Below, in pieces: positions 1 to 10,269 of a stretch of DNA of 64,000 bases. The notes under the pieces were generated by a model that had not been told where the DNA came from, did not search any database, and saw nothing but the letters and a program-made list of their open reading frames with translations. The stretch is from Candidatus Omnitrophota bacterium (GTDB lineage: Bacteria; Omnitrophota; Gorgyraeia; Gygaellales; Profunditerraquicolaceae), in the NCBI GenBank assembly GCA_003598025.1, contig QZKH01000003.1, positions 234,048 through 298,047 of the forward strand, written 5' to 3'. The position numbers were made by a program, and so were the translations under genes. Position 1 is the stretch's first letter. Each line of letters starts with the position of its first letter.

Positions 1-803
1 CGGTTGTTCCTATTGATGACCCTCCTGTAGAGATCATTAAGGTCAGATGTGGCAAATCTTCCTCCATCTAACGGCACCAATGGCCTTAAATCCGGAGGGA
101 TTACTGGTATTATATCCAGGATAAGGTACTCTGGTTTATTCCCGGACTTCTTGAAATCTTCGATTATTTTGAGTACCTTAATGGATTTACGGTTGGAAAC
201 GGTTTCTTTTGATTTTTCTAACTCACGGCGCAGTTTTCGGCAATAGTCATCAACATCAATCTCCTTCAATAATTCCTTTATTGCTTCGGCACCGATCTTC
301 GCTTTGAAATCAGAATTATATTTAGCCAATGCTTCCTGGTATTTGTCTTCAGTAAGAAGCTCTCTTTTCTTTAACGGGCTTGAGCCAGGGTCAATAACAA
401 CATATTCTTCATAATATATGACCTTTTCAATATCTCTTAAGGTCATGTCCAGTAAAGCAGCAAGGCGGCTTGGAACGGCCTTAAAAAACCAAATATGGGT
501 CACCGAAGCTGCAAGTTCGATATGCCCCATGCGCTCGCGCCTGACTGAGGACTTATCAACGGTAACACCGCATCTATCACAGGTTATGCCTTTGAATTTA
601 ATACCTTTATATTTACCGCAGTTACATTCCCAGTCTCTCACCGGGCCAAAAATCTTCTCGCAGAACAAACCATCTTTTTCGGGTTTTAAAGTCCTGTAGT
701 TTACAGTTTCCGCTTTTTTAACTTCACCCTTAGACCACGCCTTTATTATCTGAGGCGAAGCTATCCTTATAGATATATTATCAAAAGCAACTGTTTCTTC
801 CAT
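1..803 (-). CDS. rpoC: DNA-directed RNA polymerase beta' subunit, 5' part (runs off window start)
   Basis: Not in the ORF track. Read manually from ATG at 803 (TAATG overlap with the rpoB stop): [66 protein letters not shown]...CDRCGV, the RpoC N-terminus with its Zn ribbon. Confidence 0.97.
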   Translation of the reverse strand, partial: MEETVAFDNISIRIASPQIIKAWSKGEVKKAETVNYRTLKPEKDGLFCEKIFGPVRDWECNCGKYKGIKFKGITCDRCGVTVDKSSVRRERMGHIELAASVTHIWFFKAVPSRLAALLDMTLRDIEKVIYYEEYVVIDPGSSPLKKRELLTEDKYQEALAKYNSDFKAKIGAEAIKELLKEIDVDDYCRKLRRELEKSKETVSNRKSIKVLKIIEDFKKSGNKPEYLILDIIPVIPPDLRPLVPLDGGRFATSDLNDLYRRVINRNN

Positions 804-3800
804 TATTTCACCTTTTCCATTCTCATATCCAGGCAGAGCGCCTGCAATTCTTTAATCAAGACATTAAACGATTCAGGAGTACCGTGGCTTAATCTTTGTT
901 CGCCTTTGACTATGGCTTCATAAATCCTGGTCCTTCCTGAAACATCGTCACTTTTTACCGTAAGCATCTCCTGTAATGTATATGCTGCCCCATAAGCCTC
1001 CAGCGCCCAGACTTCCATTTCACCCAGCCTCTGTCCACCAAACTGGGCCTTCCCGCCAAGCGGCTGTTGTGTAACCAATGAATAAGGCCCGATAGAACGG
1101 GCATGGATCTTTTCGTCAACAAGATGGATCAACTTCATCATGTAAATGTAGCCAACAGTAATCTTATGGTCAAAAGGTTCACCAGTGTAGCCGTCATACA
1201 GCGTGATCTTTCCTTCTTCGGGAAGCTCAGCTTCCTTAAGAAGCTCTTTTATTTCTGACTCGGTGATACTATCAAAAACCGGGCATCCGATTGATAAATT
1301 CAGGATTTTTGCCGCCCAGCCAAGATGCGTCTCCAAAATCTGGCCGACATTCATTCTTGAAGGCACACCTAAAGGATTTAAAACTATATCAACGGTCCTG
1401 CCATCAGGCATAAAAGGCATATCCTCGTCAGGAACGATTCTTGCAACAACACCCTTATTACCGTGCCTACCGGCAAGCTTATCGCCTTCGGCCAGTTTAC
1501 GTTTTGTTGCTATATAGACAACCACCCTTTTTAAAACTCCAGCGGGCAATTCATCTCCCCTCTTGACCTTTTCAATCTCCTGTTCCTGTTCATTTAGCAT
1601 ATCCTGTATCTGCTCATCGAAAGAAACGGATAATATCTTAGCTTCCTCATTTTCATTCAGATCTATCTTTTCAATCTTTGATTTATCTACGCCTAATAAC
1701 TGGCTAAGCCTGGATATTTTTTCAGTCTGCAGAAACTCTATTTCTTGTTTATAATAAGCTTTTATCTCCCTGATCTTCGCCAGTTCTTTACTTTTTTCTT
1801 CTTTACTCTTCCTGCCTCTGTCTTTACGCTGAAAGATGTTTACGTTTACGACCACACCTTCAACGCCGGGAGGGACGGTTAAAGAAGTATCCCTTACATC
1901 GGAAGCTTTTTCGCCGAAGATCGCCCGTAACAACCTCTCCTCCGGGGAAAGTTCGGATTCAGTCTTAGGGGTAACTTTCCCTACTAATATATCACCGGGA
2001 GTCACCTCAGCTCCAATGCGTATAATACCGTCCTCATCCAAGTCCTTAAGCGCTTCTTCACTTACATTAGGTATATCCCTGGTTATTTCTTCATTACCAA
2101 GCCTTGTTTCGGTGGCCTCTATTTCAAATTCTTCAACATGGACTGACGTGAGGACATCATCCTTGACAATTCTTTCACTTACCAGAATAGCGTCTTCAAA
2201 ATTATATCCTCTCCAGGGCATAAAGGCTACCAGGACATTCTTGCCTAGCGCAAGCTCGCCATTCTTCGTCCCGGAACCATCTGCAATTATATCTCCGGAC
2301 TCAACATACTGCCCGGGCTTGACTAAAGGCCTCTGATTTAAACATGTGTCGGCATTAGTCCTCAGGAATTTATTCAAATGGTATGTCCTCTTACCTATAG
2401 TAATAGAGCTTGCGTCCACCTGTATTACTTTACCGGAATTTTCAGCCAAAACAACGGTACCGCTGTCTCTGGCGACTTTTTCTTCCATGAAAGTACCTAC
2501 AAGCGGGGATTCAGTAACCATTAAAGGCACTGCCTGCCTCTGCATATTTGACCCCATCAATGCTCGGTTAGCGTCATCATGCTCTAAGAAAGGTATCAAT
2601 GAAGCGGCTACTGAAACAAGCTGCTTAGGCGATACATCCATATATTCTATATCCTTTGGGTCAACCTTGGGGAAATCGCCTTTAAAACGGCAGGAAATCT
2701 CTTTACCAATAAAGCTGCCTTCGGAATCAACAGGCGCGTTTGCCTGCGCTATAACTTTATCTTCTTCAATATCGGCAGTTAAATATTCTATCTTCTTAGT
2801 TACTCTTCCATTTTCGACTTTTCTATATGGAGTCTCAAGCAAACCTAATTCATTGACCCGCACATAAGTACTAAGAGAAGAGATAAGACCGATATTCGGT
2901 CCTTCAGGGGTCTCAATCGGACAGATTCTTCCATAATGCGAAGGATGAACGTCTCTTACCTCAAATCCTGCGCGCTCGCGGGACAACCCTCCCGGGCCTA
3001 ATGCGCTTAAACGCCTTTTATGAGTCATCTCTGCAAGCGGGTTAACCTGATCCATGAATTGTGAAAGCTGGCTTCTTGCGAAGAAATCCCTTATCTGGTT
3101 AGAGAGTAATTTTGAATTTATAAGGTAATGCACGCTCAAATTGCTCAGGTCACCAAGGATGCTCAGCCTTTCCCTTACCGAACGCTCAACCCTGGACATT
3201 CCGATACGGACCTGGTTCTGCACCAGCTCGCCCACTGTTTTTACTCTTCTGTTACCCAAATGGTCTATATCGTCGATTTTACCCTGCCCGTCTTTAAGAT
3301 TGATCAAATATTCAATTACTCTGATAACAGTCGCCGAATCAAGGATGCGTTTCTCAAGAGACACATCCATTGCCAGCTTTCTGTTCAGGATAAACCTCCC
3401 GGCTCTTTCTAAATCATACCTGGTTGGGTCAAAGAACAATCTGAAAAATAAAGCCTCAGCAGCCTCCTTAGTAACAGGCTCAGTAGGCCTCATTTTATGA
3501 TAAAAATCCAGATAAGCTTCTTCTTTATTTTTGGTTATGTCTTTTTTAAGGGTGTTGGCGATCTCCGGATATTCTTTACCAAAAGCAGAAATTATATCGG
3601 AATCCTGAGAGAAACCTAAAATCCTCAATAGCTGGGTTGCGGGGAAATTTCTTCGCCTGTCAACATAGGCAATCACGGTCTCAGATAAATCATACTTGAA
3701 TTCAAGCCAGGCGCCTCTATACGGGATAATACGGCCATAAAATATTTTCTTGCCCGTAGGGTGGGCCTCCTCTTCAAAGGAAACACCCGGGGAACGCTGT

Positions 3801-4207
3801 AACTGGCTGACCACAACACGCTCATCGCCGTTGATTATAAAAGTACCTGTATCAGTCATCAATGGGATCTCGCCAAAATATGCATCCTGCTCTTTTGTGT
3901 CTTGCGGTGTCATCAACCTGAATTTTGCTTTTAACGGGGCAGCGTATGTCAATGAGCGCCTTTTTGATTCCAATACATCGTATTTAGGCTTACCCAGTGT
4001 ATAGCTGATAAATTCAAGCTTAACTGACCTGTCCTGACTCTCAATAGGAAATACTTCTTCAAATATCTCCTGAAGACCGCGGTTTCTGCGCTGATCAACG
4101 GGCTGATCCATTTGAAGAAATTCTTTGTAAGACTCCATCTGCACATCCAGCAGGTTAGGCAGATTATAGACTTCTTTCAGCTTACCGAAATTCTTTCTTT
4201 TGGCCAT
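803..4207 (-). CDS. rpoB: DNA-directed RNA polymerase beta subunit
   Basis: Motifs [72 protein letters not shown]. Confidence 0.99.
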   Translation of the reverse strand: MAKRKNFGKLKEVYNLPNLLDVQMESYKEFLQMDQPVDQRRNRGLQEIFEEVFPIESQDRSVKLEFISYTLGKPKYDVLESKRRSLTYAAPLKAKFRLMTPQDTKEQDAYFGEIPLMTDTGTFIINGDERVVVSQLQRSPGVSFEEEAHPTGKKIFYGRIIPYRGAWLEFKYDLSETVIAYVDRRRNFPATQLLRILGFSQDSDIISAFGKEYPEIANTLKKDITKNKEEAYLDFYHKMRPTEPVTKEAAEALFFRLFFDPTRYDLERAGRFILNRKLAMDVSLEKRILDSATVIRVIEYLINLKDGQGKIDDIDHLGNRRVKTVGELVQNQVRIGMSRVERSVRERLSILGDLSNLSVHYLINSKLLSNQIRDFFARSQLSQFMDQVNPLAEMTHKRRLSALGPGGLSRERAGFEVRDVHPSHYGRICPIETPEGPNIGLISSLSTYVRVNELGLLETPYRKVENGRVTKKIEYLTADIEEDKVIAQANAPVDSEGSFIGKEISCRFKGDFPKVDPKDIEYMDVSPKQLVSVAASLIPFLEHDDANRALMGSNMQRQAVPLMVTESPLVGTFMEEKVARDSGTVVLAENSGKVIQVDASSITIGKRTYHLNKFLRTNADTCLNQRPLVKPGQYVESGDIIADGSGTKNGELALGKNVLVAFMPWRGYNFEDAILVSERIVKDDVLTSVHVEEFEIEATETRLGNEEITRDIPNVSEEALKDLDEDGIIRIGAEVTPGDILVGKVTPKTESELSPEERLLRAIFGEKASDVRDTSLTVPPGVEGVVVNVNIFQRKDRGRKSKEEKSKELAKIREIKAYYKQEIEFLQTEKISRLSQLLGVDKSKIEKIDLNENEEAKILSVSFDEQIQDMLNEQEQEIEKVKRGDELPAGVLKRVVVYIATKRKLAEGDKLAGRHGNKGVVARIVPDEDMPFMPDGRTVDIVLNPLGVPSRMNVGQILETHLGWAAKILNLSIGCPVFDSITESEIKELLKEAELPEEGKITLYDGYTGEPFDHKITVGYIYMMKLIHLVDEKIHARSIGPYSLVTQQPLGGKAQFGGQRLGEMEVWALEAYGAAYTLQEMLTVKSDDVSGRTRIYEAIVKGEQRLSHGTPESFNVLIKELQALCLDMRMEKVK

Positions 4208-4238
4208 ATTTAGCTACCTTCAGATTATTTTGTTTAAC

Positions 4239-4625
4239 TTATTTTAATTCAACCGTTGCACCAGCAGCTTCCAACTTTTTCTTCATCTCCGCAGCTTCGT
4301 CCTTAGCAACACCTTCTTTTATCGGTTTTGGAGCACCATCGACTAAGTCCTTGGCTTCTTTTAAACCCAGGTTGGTCATCGCGCGGACTTCCTTAATCAC
4401 TGCGATCTTGTTTGAACCAGCACTAGCCAAAACTACGGTAAAAGCACTCTTTTCCTCCTGTGCAGCCTGGCCAGCCTGTGCACCACCAGCCGCAGGCATT
4501 GCAGCCATCATAGGCATATTAGCCTGTACACCGAATTTTTCTTCGAGTGCCTTAACTAAATCAGCCAATTCCAAAACTGTCATGCCTTCAATTGATTTAA
4601 TCAGTTCTTCTGCCTTTGCGCTCAT
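4239..4625 (-). CDS. rplL: 50S ribosomal protein L7/L12
   Basis: [30 protein letters not shown]; expected position upstream of rpoB. Confidence 0.99.
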   Translation of the reverse strand: MSAKAEELIKSIEGMTVLELADLVKALEEKFGVQANMPMMAAMPAAGGAQAGQAAQEEKSAFTVVLASAGSNKIAVIKEVRAMTNLGLKEAKDLVDGAPKPIKEGVAKDEAAEMKKKLEAAGATVELK

Positions 4626-4639
4626 TTCTTTTCCTCCTT

Positions 4640-5164
4640 TTAACCTTTCTTATTTTTAATTTGATCTAAACAAACTACTAGCTTGCGTAGTGTACCCGAT
4701 AAAACCATAACTAAACCAGAAATCGGCGATTTCAAGCTGTAGACTACTTTTGCCCTCAGTACATCCGCACTTGGAAGTTTAGCCAGGGACTCAATATCCT
4801 TGGAAGTCAAAACCCTGTCCTTTAAAAACCCGCCTTCAAGCTTTAGGTCCTGATGATCCTTTAAAAACTCATAAAGAACTTTTGAAGCGCTGACAGGTTC
4901 TTCCTTAAGAAAGATAAACCCGCACGGCCCATCCACAAAACCTGTCAAAGATTCATATTCAGTTGACTTAAGCACTCTGCGAGCCACGGTGTTTTTTACA
5001 ACAAACAAATCCGCCTTAGCATTCTTAAGCGACTGCCTCAATTGAGACATATCAGGGCTTTTAATCTTTGCATATTTAATGATTATAAAACTATTATTAT
5101 CCTTGAGACTGTTTTTAATACGGCTCTCAGATGCTTCTTTAATTATTAAACCTATTTTTTTCAT
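4640..5164 (-). CDS. rplJ: 50S ribosomal protein L10
   Basis: LRQSL..VVKNT..LAKLPS motifs; lies between rplA and rplL. Confidence 0.95.
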   Translation of the reverse strand: MKKIGLIIKEASESRIKNSLKDNNSFIIIKYAKIKSPDMSQLRQSLKNAKADLFVVKNTVARRVLKSTEYESLTGFVDGPCGFIFLKEEPVSASKVLYEFLKDHQDLKLEGGFLKDRVLTSKDIESLAKLPSADVLRAKVVYSLKSPISGLVMVLSGTLRKLVVCLDQIKNKKG

Positions 5165-5841
5165 ATTTCAATCCTTAAACCCGGGCTCATTGTTGATGAA
5201 AGATAAAGGCTGCTGATAAACTTGCCCTTAACTGAAGATGGTTTTGCCTCTGTAATAGCTTCTATGGTCTTTAATGCGTTTTCGTAAAGCTTTGGCTCAT
5301 CAAAAGAAGCTCTTCCTACAGATACATGAATACCACCCTGTTTATCAACACGAAACTCAATCTTACCTTTTTTTACGTCACTTATTGCTTTTGCGATATC
5401 GTTGGTGACCGTACCGGTTTTAGGGCTTGGCATCAGGCCTCTGGGCCCAAGCACCTTGCCGAGCTTGCTTAGGTCTTTCATCATCTCAGGGGTCGAAATA
5501 GCACATTCAAAATCAAGAAAGCCTCCGGAAACCTTTTCAATCAAATCCAATCCACCAACATAATCAGCCTGCGCTTCTTTGGCAATTTTCTCATGCTCGC
5601 CTTTGCAAAAAACAGCAACTCGTATCTTCTTACCTGTGCCATGAGGTAGAGCAACTGTGCCCCTTACAAGCTGGTCTGTCTTCTTGGGGTCAATATTCAA
5701 TTTAAAATGCAGGTCAACTGAACTGTCAAACTTAAGGTTAGATATCTTTTTAGCCAAAGAAACCGCTTCTTTCAATGAATAGGTTTTTGCACTCTCTACG
5801 TTTTTGCTGACCTCATTATATCTTTTGCTGTGGTTTTTCAT
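5161..5841 (-). CDS. rplA: 50S ribosomal protein L1
   Basis: [13 protein letters not shown] and [20 protein letters not shown]. Confidence 0.99.
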   Translation of the reverse strand: MKNHSKRYNEVSKNVESAKTYSLKEAVSLAKKISNLKFDSSVDLHFKLNIDPKKTDQLVRGTVALPHGTGKKIRVAVFCKGEHEKIAKEAQADYVGGLDLIEKVSGGFLDFECAISTPEMMKDLSKLGKVLGPRGLMPSPKTGTVTNDIAKAISDVKKGKIEFRVDKQGGIHVSVGRASFDEPKLYENALKTIEAITEAKPSSVKGKFISSLYLSSTMSPGLRIEI

Positions 5842-5843
5842 AG

Positions 5844-6269
5844 TTAACCTTCTATTGATATGCCCATGCTTCTGGCAGTACCGGCAACGATCTTTATTGC
5901 TGCCTCTAAATCACCGGTATTTAAATCCTTGACTTTTTGTTTAGCGATCTCTTCTACCTGCTTTCGGGTAACCGTTCCGATTTTCTCTCTCCCTGCCTGG
6001 CCGGATGCTTTTGCCAGGTTTGCCGCGCGTTTCAATAACACCGAAGACGGGGGTGTCTTGATTATAAAAGTAAAACTTTTATCTTCATAGACGGATATTA
6101 CAGCCGGAAGGATCAACCCTTCCCTGCCTTTTGTCTGCTCATTGAACTGCTTGCAGAATTGCATGATGTTTACACCGTGCTGGCCGAGTGCCGGCCCTAC
6201 CGGTGGCGCCGGATTAGCTGCTCCTGCAGGAACATGTAATTTTATCTGTGCGACAATTTTTTTTGCCAT
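5844..6269 (-). CDS. rplK: 50S ribosomal protein L11
   Basis: [23 protein letters not shown]; start moved to MAKK at 6269. Confidence 0.98.
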   Translation of the reverse strand: MAKKIVAQIKLHVPAGAANPAPPVGPALGQHGVNIMQFCKQFNEQTKGREGLILPAVISVYEDKSFTFIIKTPPSSVLLKRAANLAKASGQAGREKIGTVTRKQVEEIAKQKVKDLNTGDLEAAIKIVAGTARSMGISIEG

Positions 6270-6271
6270 AG

Positions 6272-6799
6272 TTATATCTTCTCCACCTGCCAATATTCTA
6301 ATTCTACTGGCGTAGCCCTGCCAAAGATAGAGACGCTTACTTTCAGCTTTCCTTTCTCAGGATGCACCTCTTCTATGGTACCGTTAAAATTAACAAAAGG
6401 CCCCTCGGTTACTCTGACCTGTTCACCAGATTCAAAAACAACCTTGGGGCTTGGTTTTGCTTGTGTATCTTGAGTTCTTTTTAGAATATTATCTACTTCC
6501 TCTTTAGGCAGGGGCATGGGTTTTTTGCCTAAACCTATGAAGCCTGTTACTCCGGGAGTTCCTTTTATGAGAAGGTATGAATTTTCATTTAAATCCATTT
6601 CAACCAGTATATAGCCGGGGAAAAATTTTCTTTGGGATATTTTCTTTTTGCCTGAGCGGATCTCGGAAACCTGTTCGGTAGGGATTATTATTTTGCCAAT
6701 TGCTCCCTGCAGGCCCATCACAGATATCCTGTGTTCCAAAGCAATCTTAACTTTATCCTCTAAACCAGTCTGTGTATGTACAACGTACCAATTCATCAT
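6272..6799 (-). CDS. nusG: Transcription termination/antitermination factor NusG
   Basis: [19 protein letters not shown] motif [20 protein letters not shown]. Confidence 0.98.
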   Translation of the reverse strand: MMNWYVVHTQTGLEDKVKIALEHRISVMGLQGAIGKIIIPTEQVSEIRSGKKKISQRKFFPGYILVEMDLNENSYLLIKGTPGVTGFIGLGKKPMPLPKEEVDNILKRTQDTQAKPSPKVVFESGEQVRVTEGPFVNFNGTIEEVHPEKGKLKVSVSIFGRATPVELEYWQVEKI

Positions 6800-6987
6800 T
6801 TGAATAATATGTTTAGCATATGAGAAAGAAACAAATCAATGAGGCCGATATATAAAGCCAGGATACCGGTAACTCCAATGACGACGAATGTCGAACCAAC
6901 GAGTTCCTGCCTGGTCGGCCAGGAAACCTTCAATAGCTCTTGTTTAACTTCTCTTAAAAAATTTGCTGGTTTTGATATGATGCTCAT
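6796..6987 (-). CDS. secE: Preprotein translocase subunit SecE
   Basis: FLREVKQELLKVSWPTRQEL plus one TM helix; start moved to MSII at 6987. Confidence 0.95.
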   Translation of the reverse strand: MSIISKPANFLREVKQELLKVSWPTRQELVGSTFVVIGVTGILALYIGLIDLFLSHMLNILFK

Positions 6988-7019
6988 TTTATCCTGGTTA
7001 AAGCTGGAGCGGCAGGAAT

Positions 7020-7146
7020 CATCCCGCACTTTTTACTCTGGCACAAACAACAGGGGTGGAGGGAATCGAACCCCCAGTCCTGGTTTTGGAGACCAGTGGT
7101 TTGCCGTTAACCGACACCCCTATAAACTTTTTTTAAGTGCGGGATG
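7020..7146. repeat. 12-bp perfect inverted repeat pair flanking tRNA-Trp
   Basis: CATCCCGCACTT (7020-7031) and AAGTGCGGGATG (7135-7146). Confidence 0.9.
7051..7121 (-). tRNA. tRNA-Trp(CCA); 3' CCA not encoded
   Basis: AGGGGTG/CACCCCT acceptor stem, CTGGT-CTCCAAA-ACCAG anticodon arm, GGTTCGATTCC T arm; canonical position before secE. Confidence 0.96.
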
Positions 7147-7189
7147 CCATTAACCGACGCTCCTTTATTCACAAATAAATTTTCAAATG

Positions 7190-7339
7190 CTACTTAATTT
7201 CTTTATGTGCAACGTGCTTATGACAAAATCTGCAAAACTTCTTAGTTTCCAGCTTTTCCTGATGCAGCTTCTTGTTTTTTTTAACAGTGTAGTTTTTATT
7301 CTTACACACGGAACATTCTAAAGTAATTATCTCTCTCAT
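7190..7339 (-). CDS. rpmG: 50S ribosomal protein L33 (Zn-ribbon type)
   Basis: [17 protein letters not shown]...[17 protein letters not shown], 49 aa; start moved to 7339. Confidence 0.97.
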   Translation of the reverse strand: MREIITLECSVCKNKNYTVKKNKKLHQEKLETKKFCRFCHKHVAHKEIK

Positions 7340-7366
7340 ATTCTTTTTCTTCTTTTCCCGCTTAAA

Positions 7367-7439
7367 AGCTGGAGACGGGAATTGAACCCGTGACCCCGTC
7401 CTTACCAAGGACGTGCTCTACCAACTGAGCTACTCCAGC
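7367..7439 (-). tRNA. tRNA-Thr(GGT); 3' CCA not encoded
   Basis: GCTGGAGTAGCTCAGTTGGTAGAGCACGTCCTTGGTAAGGACGGGGTCACGGGTTCAATTCCCGTCTCCAGCT folds as a cloverleaf with anticodon GGT. Confidence 0.97.
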
Positions 7440-7598
7440 GCGACTGCGCAAATCACAGGCTTCTCTATAATAATATATAATAATATATACAAAAACAAAA
7501 ACCACCCCATTAAAGAATTGTAAAATTCTTTACTTTTCTTAATGTAAATCTTGGGATTTCCTACGAAATGTTAATGTTAGGATTTATGTAAAGAATGA

Positions 7599-7627
7599 AG
7601 TATATAGTATATTTGCTGATTTGTCAA
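7599..7627 (-). promoter_or_regulatory. Sigma70-type promoter for the tRNA-Thr...rpoBC operon
   Basis: TTGACA (7627-7622), 17-nt spacer, TATACT (7604-7599). Confidence 0.8.
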
Positions 7628-7635
7628 CTTTTTTT

Positions 7636-8430
7636 TTAACTTTTTTTGTATCTTGCAAGGTTCTTAAAATCTTCCACTGTAAGCGCTTCCGGCCGAAGTT
7701 CAAGGCTGACAGAATAATCCGTGCTAAACCTAAGAAGGTCTTCAGGAAAGATAATATTTTTTACGGTATTCTTAATTTTTTTTCTACGCTGCCCAAAAGC
7801 TGCTTCAATTAACTTTAAAAACGTCATTTCCTGTTCAGGCGCAAGGCCTGGTTCTCCCCTGAACTTAATACTTAAGAATGCGGAGTCTATTTTGGGAACA
7901 GGATAAAATGAACCCTTTGATATTTTAAAGAGTTCTTTGGCTTCAGCAAAATATTGCACAAAACAACTTAAACGCCCATATACCTTAGAGCCTGGTTTTG
8001 CAACGACGCGGTCACAGAATTCCTTCTGCGCAGTTATATATAAATAAGATATAAGCTTACGGCTTAAAATCAATTTCTCGATTATCGGGGTAGTGATGTA
8101 ATAAGGTATATTTCCGAAGACTTTAACCCTCCGACCTAATTTACCTATAATAGTATCGAGGTCGGCTTTTAAAAAATCTTTGTTTATTATGTCAATGTTC
8201 TTTTTCCCCTTAAATTTGTCCTCTAGGACTTTTACCAGGTCTTGATCAATTTCGAAAGCAAACACCTTTTTTACCATATCGCTTATCAAGCCTGTCATCT
8301 GACCCTGCCCAGCGCCTATCTCGATTACGATATCATCAGGCGAAAAAGAGCATGCCTGGATAATTTTTTTGCGAATGCCTTGATTAACAAGAAAATTCTG
8401 GCCTAACTTTTTTTTAGGTTTATCGTGCAT
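7636..8430 (-). CDS. rsmA: 16S rRNA m6,2A dimethyltransferase RsmA/KsgA
   Basis: KKKLGQNFL, VIEIGAGQG, GNIPYYIT, FYPVPKIDS. Confidence 0.97.
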   Translation of the reverse strand: MHDKPKKKLGQNFLVNQGIRKKIIQACSFSPDDIVIEIGAGQGQMTGLISDMVKKVFAFEIDQDLVKVLEDKFKGKKNIDIINKDFLKADLDTIIGKLGRRVKVFGNIPYYITTPIIEKLILSRKLISYLYITAQKEFCDRVVAKPGSKVYGRLSCFVQYFAEAKELFKISKGSFYPVPKIDSAFLSIKFRGEPGLAPEQEMTFLKLIEAAFGQRRKKIKNTVKNIIFPEDLLRFSTDYSVSLELRPEALTVEDFKNLARYKKS

Positions 8431-9356
8431 CGTATAGCAGTATTTATTGCCTCAAGGAAACTAAGGTGGCTGGCCCTATTGGTCCCGGCAATATCAAAAG
8501 CAGTCCCGTGCAGGGGCGACGTCCTGACGAAACCAAGCCCGAGGGTAAGATTAACACCGGAATTAAAATCATCTGTCAGCTTCAGGGCAATAAGAGATTG
8601 GTCGTGATATAAGGCTATTGCGCAATCATAATAGCCGCGATAATGCTTATAAATAGCTATATCAGCAGGAAGCAAATCTATACAATTATGCCTGAATTTC
8701 CTTTTCAATTTCATTACCGCTGGTTTGATTATATTATTTTCTTCGCTGCCGATTACGCCATTGTCTGAAGCATGAGGGTTTAAAGCGCATATAACGAGCC
8801 TGGGCCTGTTTATACCGAAAAGTGTCTTCAGAGAAATAACGGCATGGGAAACCAGTTTAAACAACATCCCGGCATTAAGCGCCTTAGAAACAGACGCCAG
8901 GGGTATATGCCTGGTTGCCAATATAAATTTCATTTTTCCGTTTAAAAGCATCATTGCAAAATCCTTACATTGAAATTTTTCGGCGATATATTCCGTATGC
9001 CCTCTCCATTTGATCCCGCAGCTATTGATCCACTCTTTTGAAACCGGTGCGGTTACCAAACAGTCAAGCTGGCCATTTTTTAACAAACCCAATGCAAAAT
9101 CCAGGTACTCTACAGAACACCGGGCATTATCAAGAGATGGCTTGCCAAACTTAAAACTCCTTCTTTTAACATTAGCGAGGTCATAAAAATCCGTATTTGG
9201 ATACTGACCTTGCGCCAACTTACCTATTTTAGCCAGCACCCATGCGTCGCCAACTATTCGAAACTTAGCTTTGCCGGAAAATGAATTAAGGGCCTTTAAA
9301 ATTATTTCGGGCCCTACCCCTGAGGGGTCTCCCATGGTTATGCCAATTCTTAACAT
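8403..9356 (-). CDS. pdxA: 4-hydroxythreonine-4-phosphate dehydrogenase PdxA
   Basis: IGITMGDPSGVGPEI, GHTE, LNPHA, YHDQ, HGTAFDIAG; surA-pdxA-rsmA synteny; start moved to 9356. Confidence 0.94.
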   Translation of the reverse strand: MLRIGITMGDPSGVGPEIILKALNSFSGKAKFRIVGDAWVLAKIGKLAQGQYPNTDFYDLANVKRRSFKFGKPSLDNARCSVEYLDFALGLLKNGQLDCLVTAPVSKEWINSCGIKWRGHTEYIAEKFQCKDFAMMLLNGKMKFILATRHIPLASVSKALNAGMLFKLVSHAVISLKTLFGINRPRLVICALNPHASDNGVIGSEENNIIKPAVMKLKRKFRHNCIDLLPADIAIYKHYRGYYDCAIALYHDQSLIALKLTDDFNSGVNLTLGLGFVRTSPLHGTAFDIAGTNRASHLSFLEAINTAIRCTINLKKS

Positions 9357-9357
9357 A

Positions 9358-10269
9358 TTAGAATATTTTAATATAAGATTTTTTCTTAAGGTCGCTGATC
9401 CATTCCTCGATTTTCTCAGCCATCTTCTTCTCAAAAAGATAGGAATATATGCTGTCGCGAGAATCTTCAAGGCTTATCTTCTTTGGAGGGAAAAGATCAT
9501 AAAATAAAAAGATGTAATACGATTCGGCTATCTTAACCGGCCTGGAAAGGCCTCCTTTATTCAGTCTGGAAATCGCAGTTTCGACTTCGGGTTTTAATTC
9601 ACCTTCTTTAACCCATAAAAATTTGTTGATCCTTATGGAATATTCTTTTGAAAGATCCTCAAAACTCTTCCCATCTTTAGCCTCGCCGTAGATTTTATTA
9701 GCCAGCTCTTTGCCGCTTATAACTAGAGCCTTGAATTCTTTTTGAGCAGGCATATTAAAATCTTCCGGATTATTTTCATAAAACGAGGTTACCTCTGAAG
9801 GCCTTATAACTATTTTATCCTTTACCTTCCTTTCAATAATCGCCCTCATAAGCATCTGCTCCCTTATCCTTTTTTCTACATCTGCTAAGGTGAGCCCGCG
9901 CCGCATAAGGTCGCTATCTAAATCCCTGCTTGAACCATAGCGTCTTCTAATGTCGTCAATCCTGGACTTTACACGCATGTCATCGATAGTTATATTCTCG
10001 TTTTTGGCTTCCTGAAGTATAAGCCTGTCGTCAATCAGCTTATCCAAAAGATCGCCTTTTATAGATTCTATATGTTTCTCAGCCTCAAGTTCATTTTTAT
10101 CCTGGAAGTATTGCGCCTTCATAAAATTAACAAATTCACCCATATCCTTTTGTGTTATTGCCTCGTTATTCACTATTGCAACGATCTTGTCCTGGGCAAA
10201 TAGCAAGTTTGTATTCAACAAAAAAATAAAAGTTAAAATTCCGCACAAAAACTTAATTAGGTTTTTCAT
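9358..10269 (-). CDS. surA: SurA/PrsA-family periplasmic chaperone (parvulin-like PPIase domain)
   Basis: Signal peptide, DKIVAIVNNEAIT, LIDDRLILQEA, degenerate parvulin domain; mfd-surA-pdxA synteny. Start uncertain (10269, 10275 or 10290). Confidence 0.82.
   Translation of the reverse strand: MKNLIKFLCGILTFIFLLNTNLLFAQDKIVAIVNNEAITQKDMGEFVNFMKAQYFQDKNELEAEKHIESIKGDLLDKLIDDRLILQEAKNENITIDDMRVKSRIDDIRRRYGSSRDLDSDLMRRGLTLADVEKRIREQMLMRAIIERKVKDKIVIRPSEVTSFYENNPEDFNMPAQKEFKALVISGKELANKIYGEAKDGKSFEDLSKEYSIRINKFLWVKEGELKPEVETAISRLNKGGLSRPVKIAESYYIFLFYDLFPPKKISLEDSRDSIYSYLFEKKMAEKIEEWISDLKKKSYIKIF

Larger units (their letters stand above)
7004..7164 (-). pseudogene. Split tRNA-Trp-like relic (5' fragment 7164-7145, 3' fragment ~7027-7004) enclosing the intact tRNA-Trp
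   Basis: The 5' piece AGGAGCGTCGGTTAATGGCA matches the inner tRNA 5' end at 17/20. The 3' piece GATTCCTGCCGCTCCAG matches the inner 3' end at 12/17. GGAGCG and CGCTCC pair with each other. Confidence 0.7.

Noticed and set aside
5161-5164. L10 leader RNA upstream of rplJ
   Set aside because: rplA and rplJ overlap (ATGA), leaving no intergenic space, and no leader structure could be supported.
6998-7010. TTAAAGCTGGAG similarity to the tRNA-Thr 3' end as a possible att duplication
   Set aside because: The match is short and better explained by the tRNA-Trp-like relic, whose two ends pair with each other. No integrase is present.
7466-7532. 10-bp tandem duplication (TAATATATAA) and 9-bp AT-rich hairpin in the tRNA-Thr leader
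   Set aside because: Low-complexity AT sequence consistent with slippage; no supporting evidence of function.
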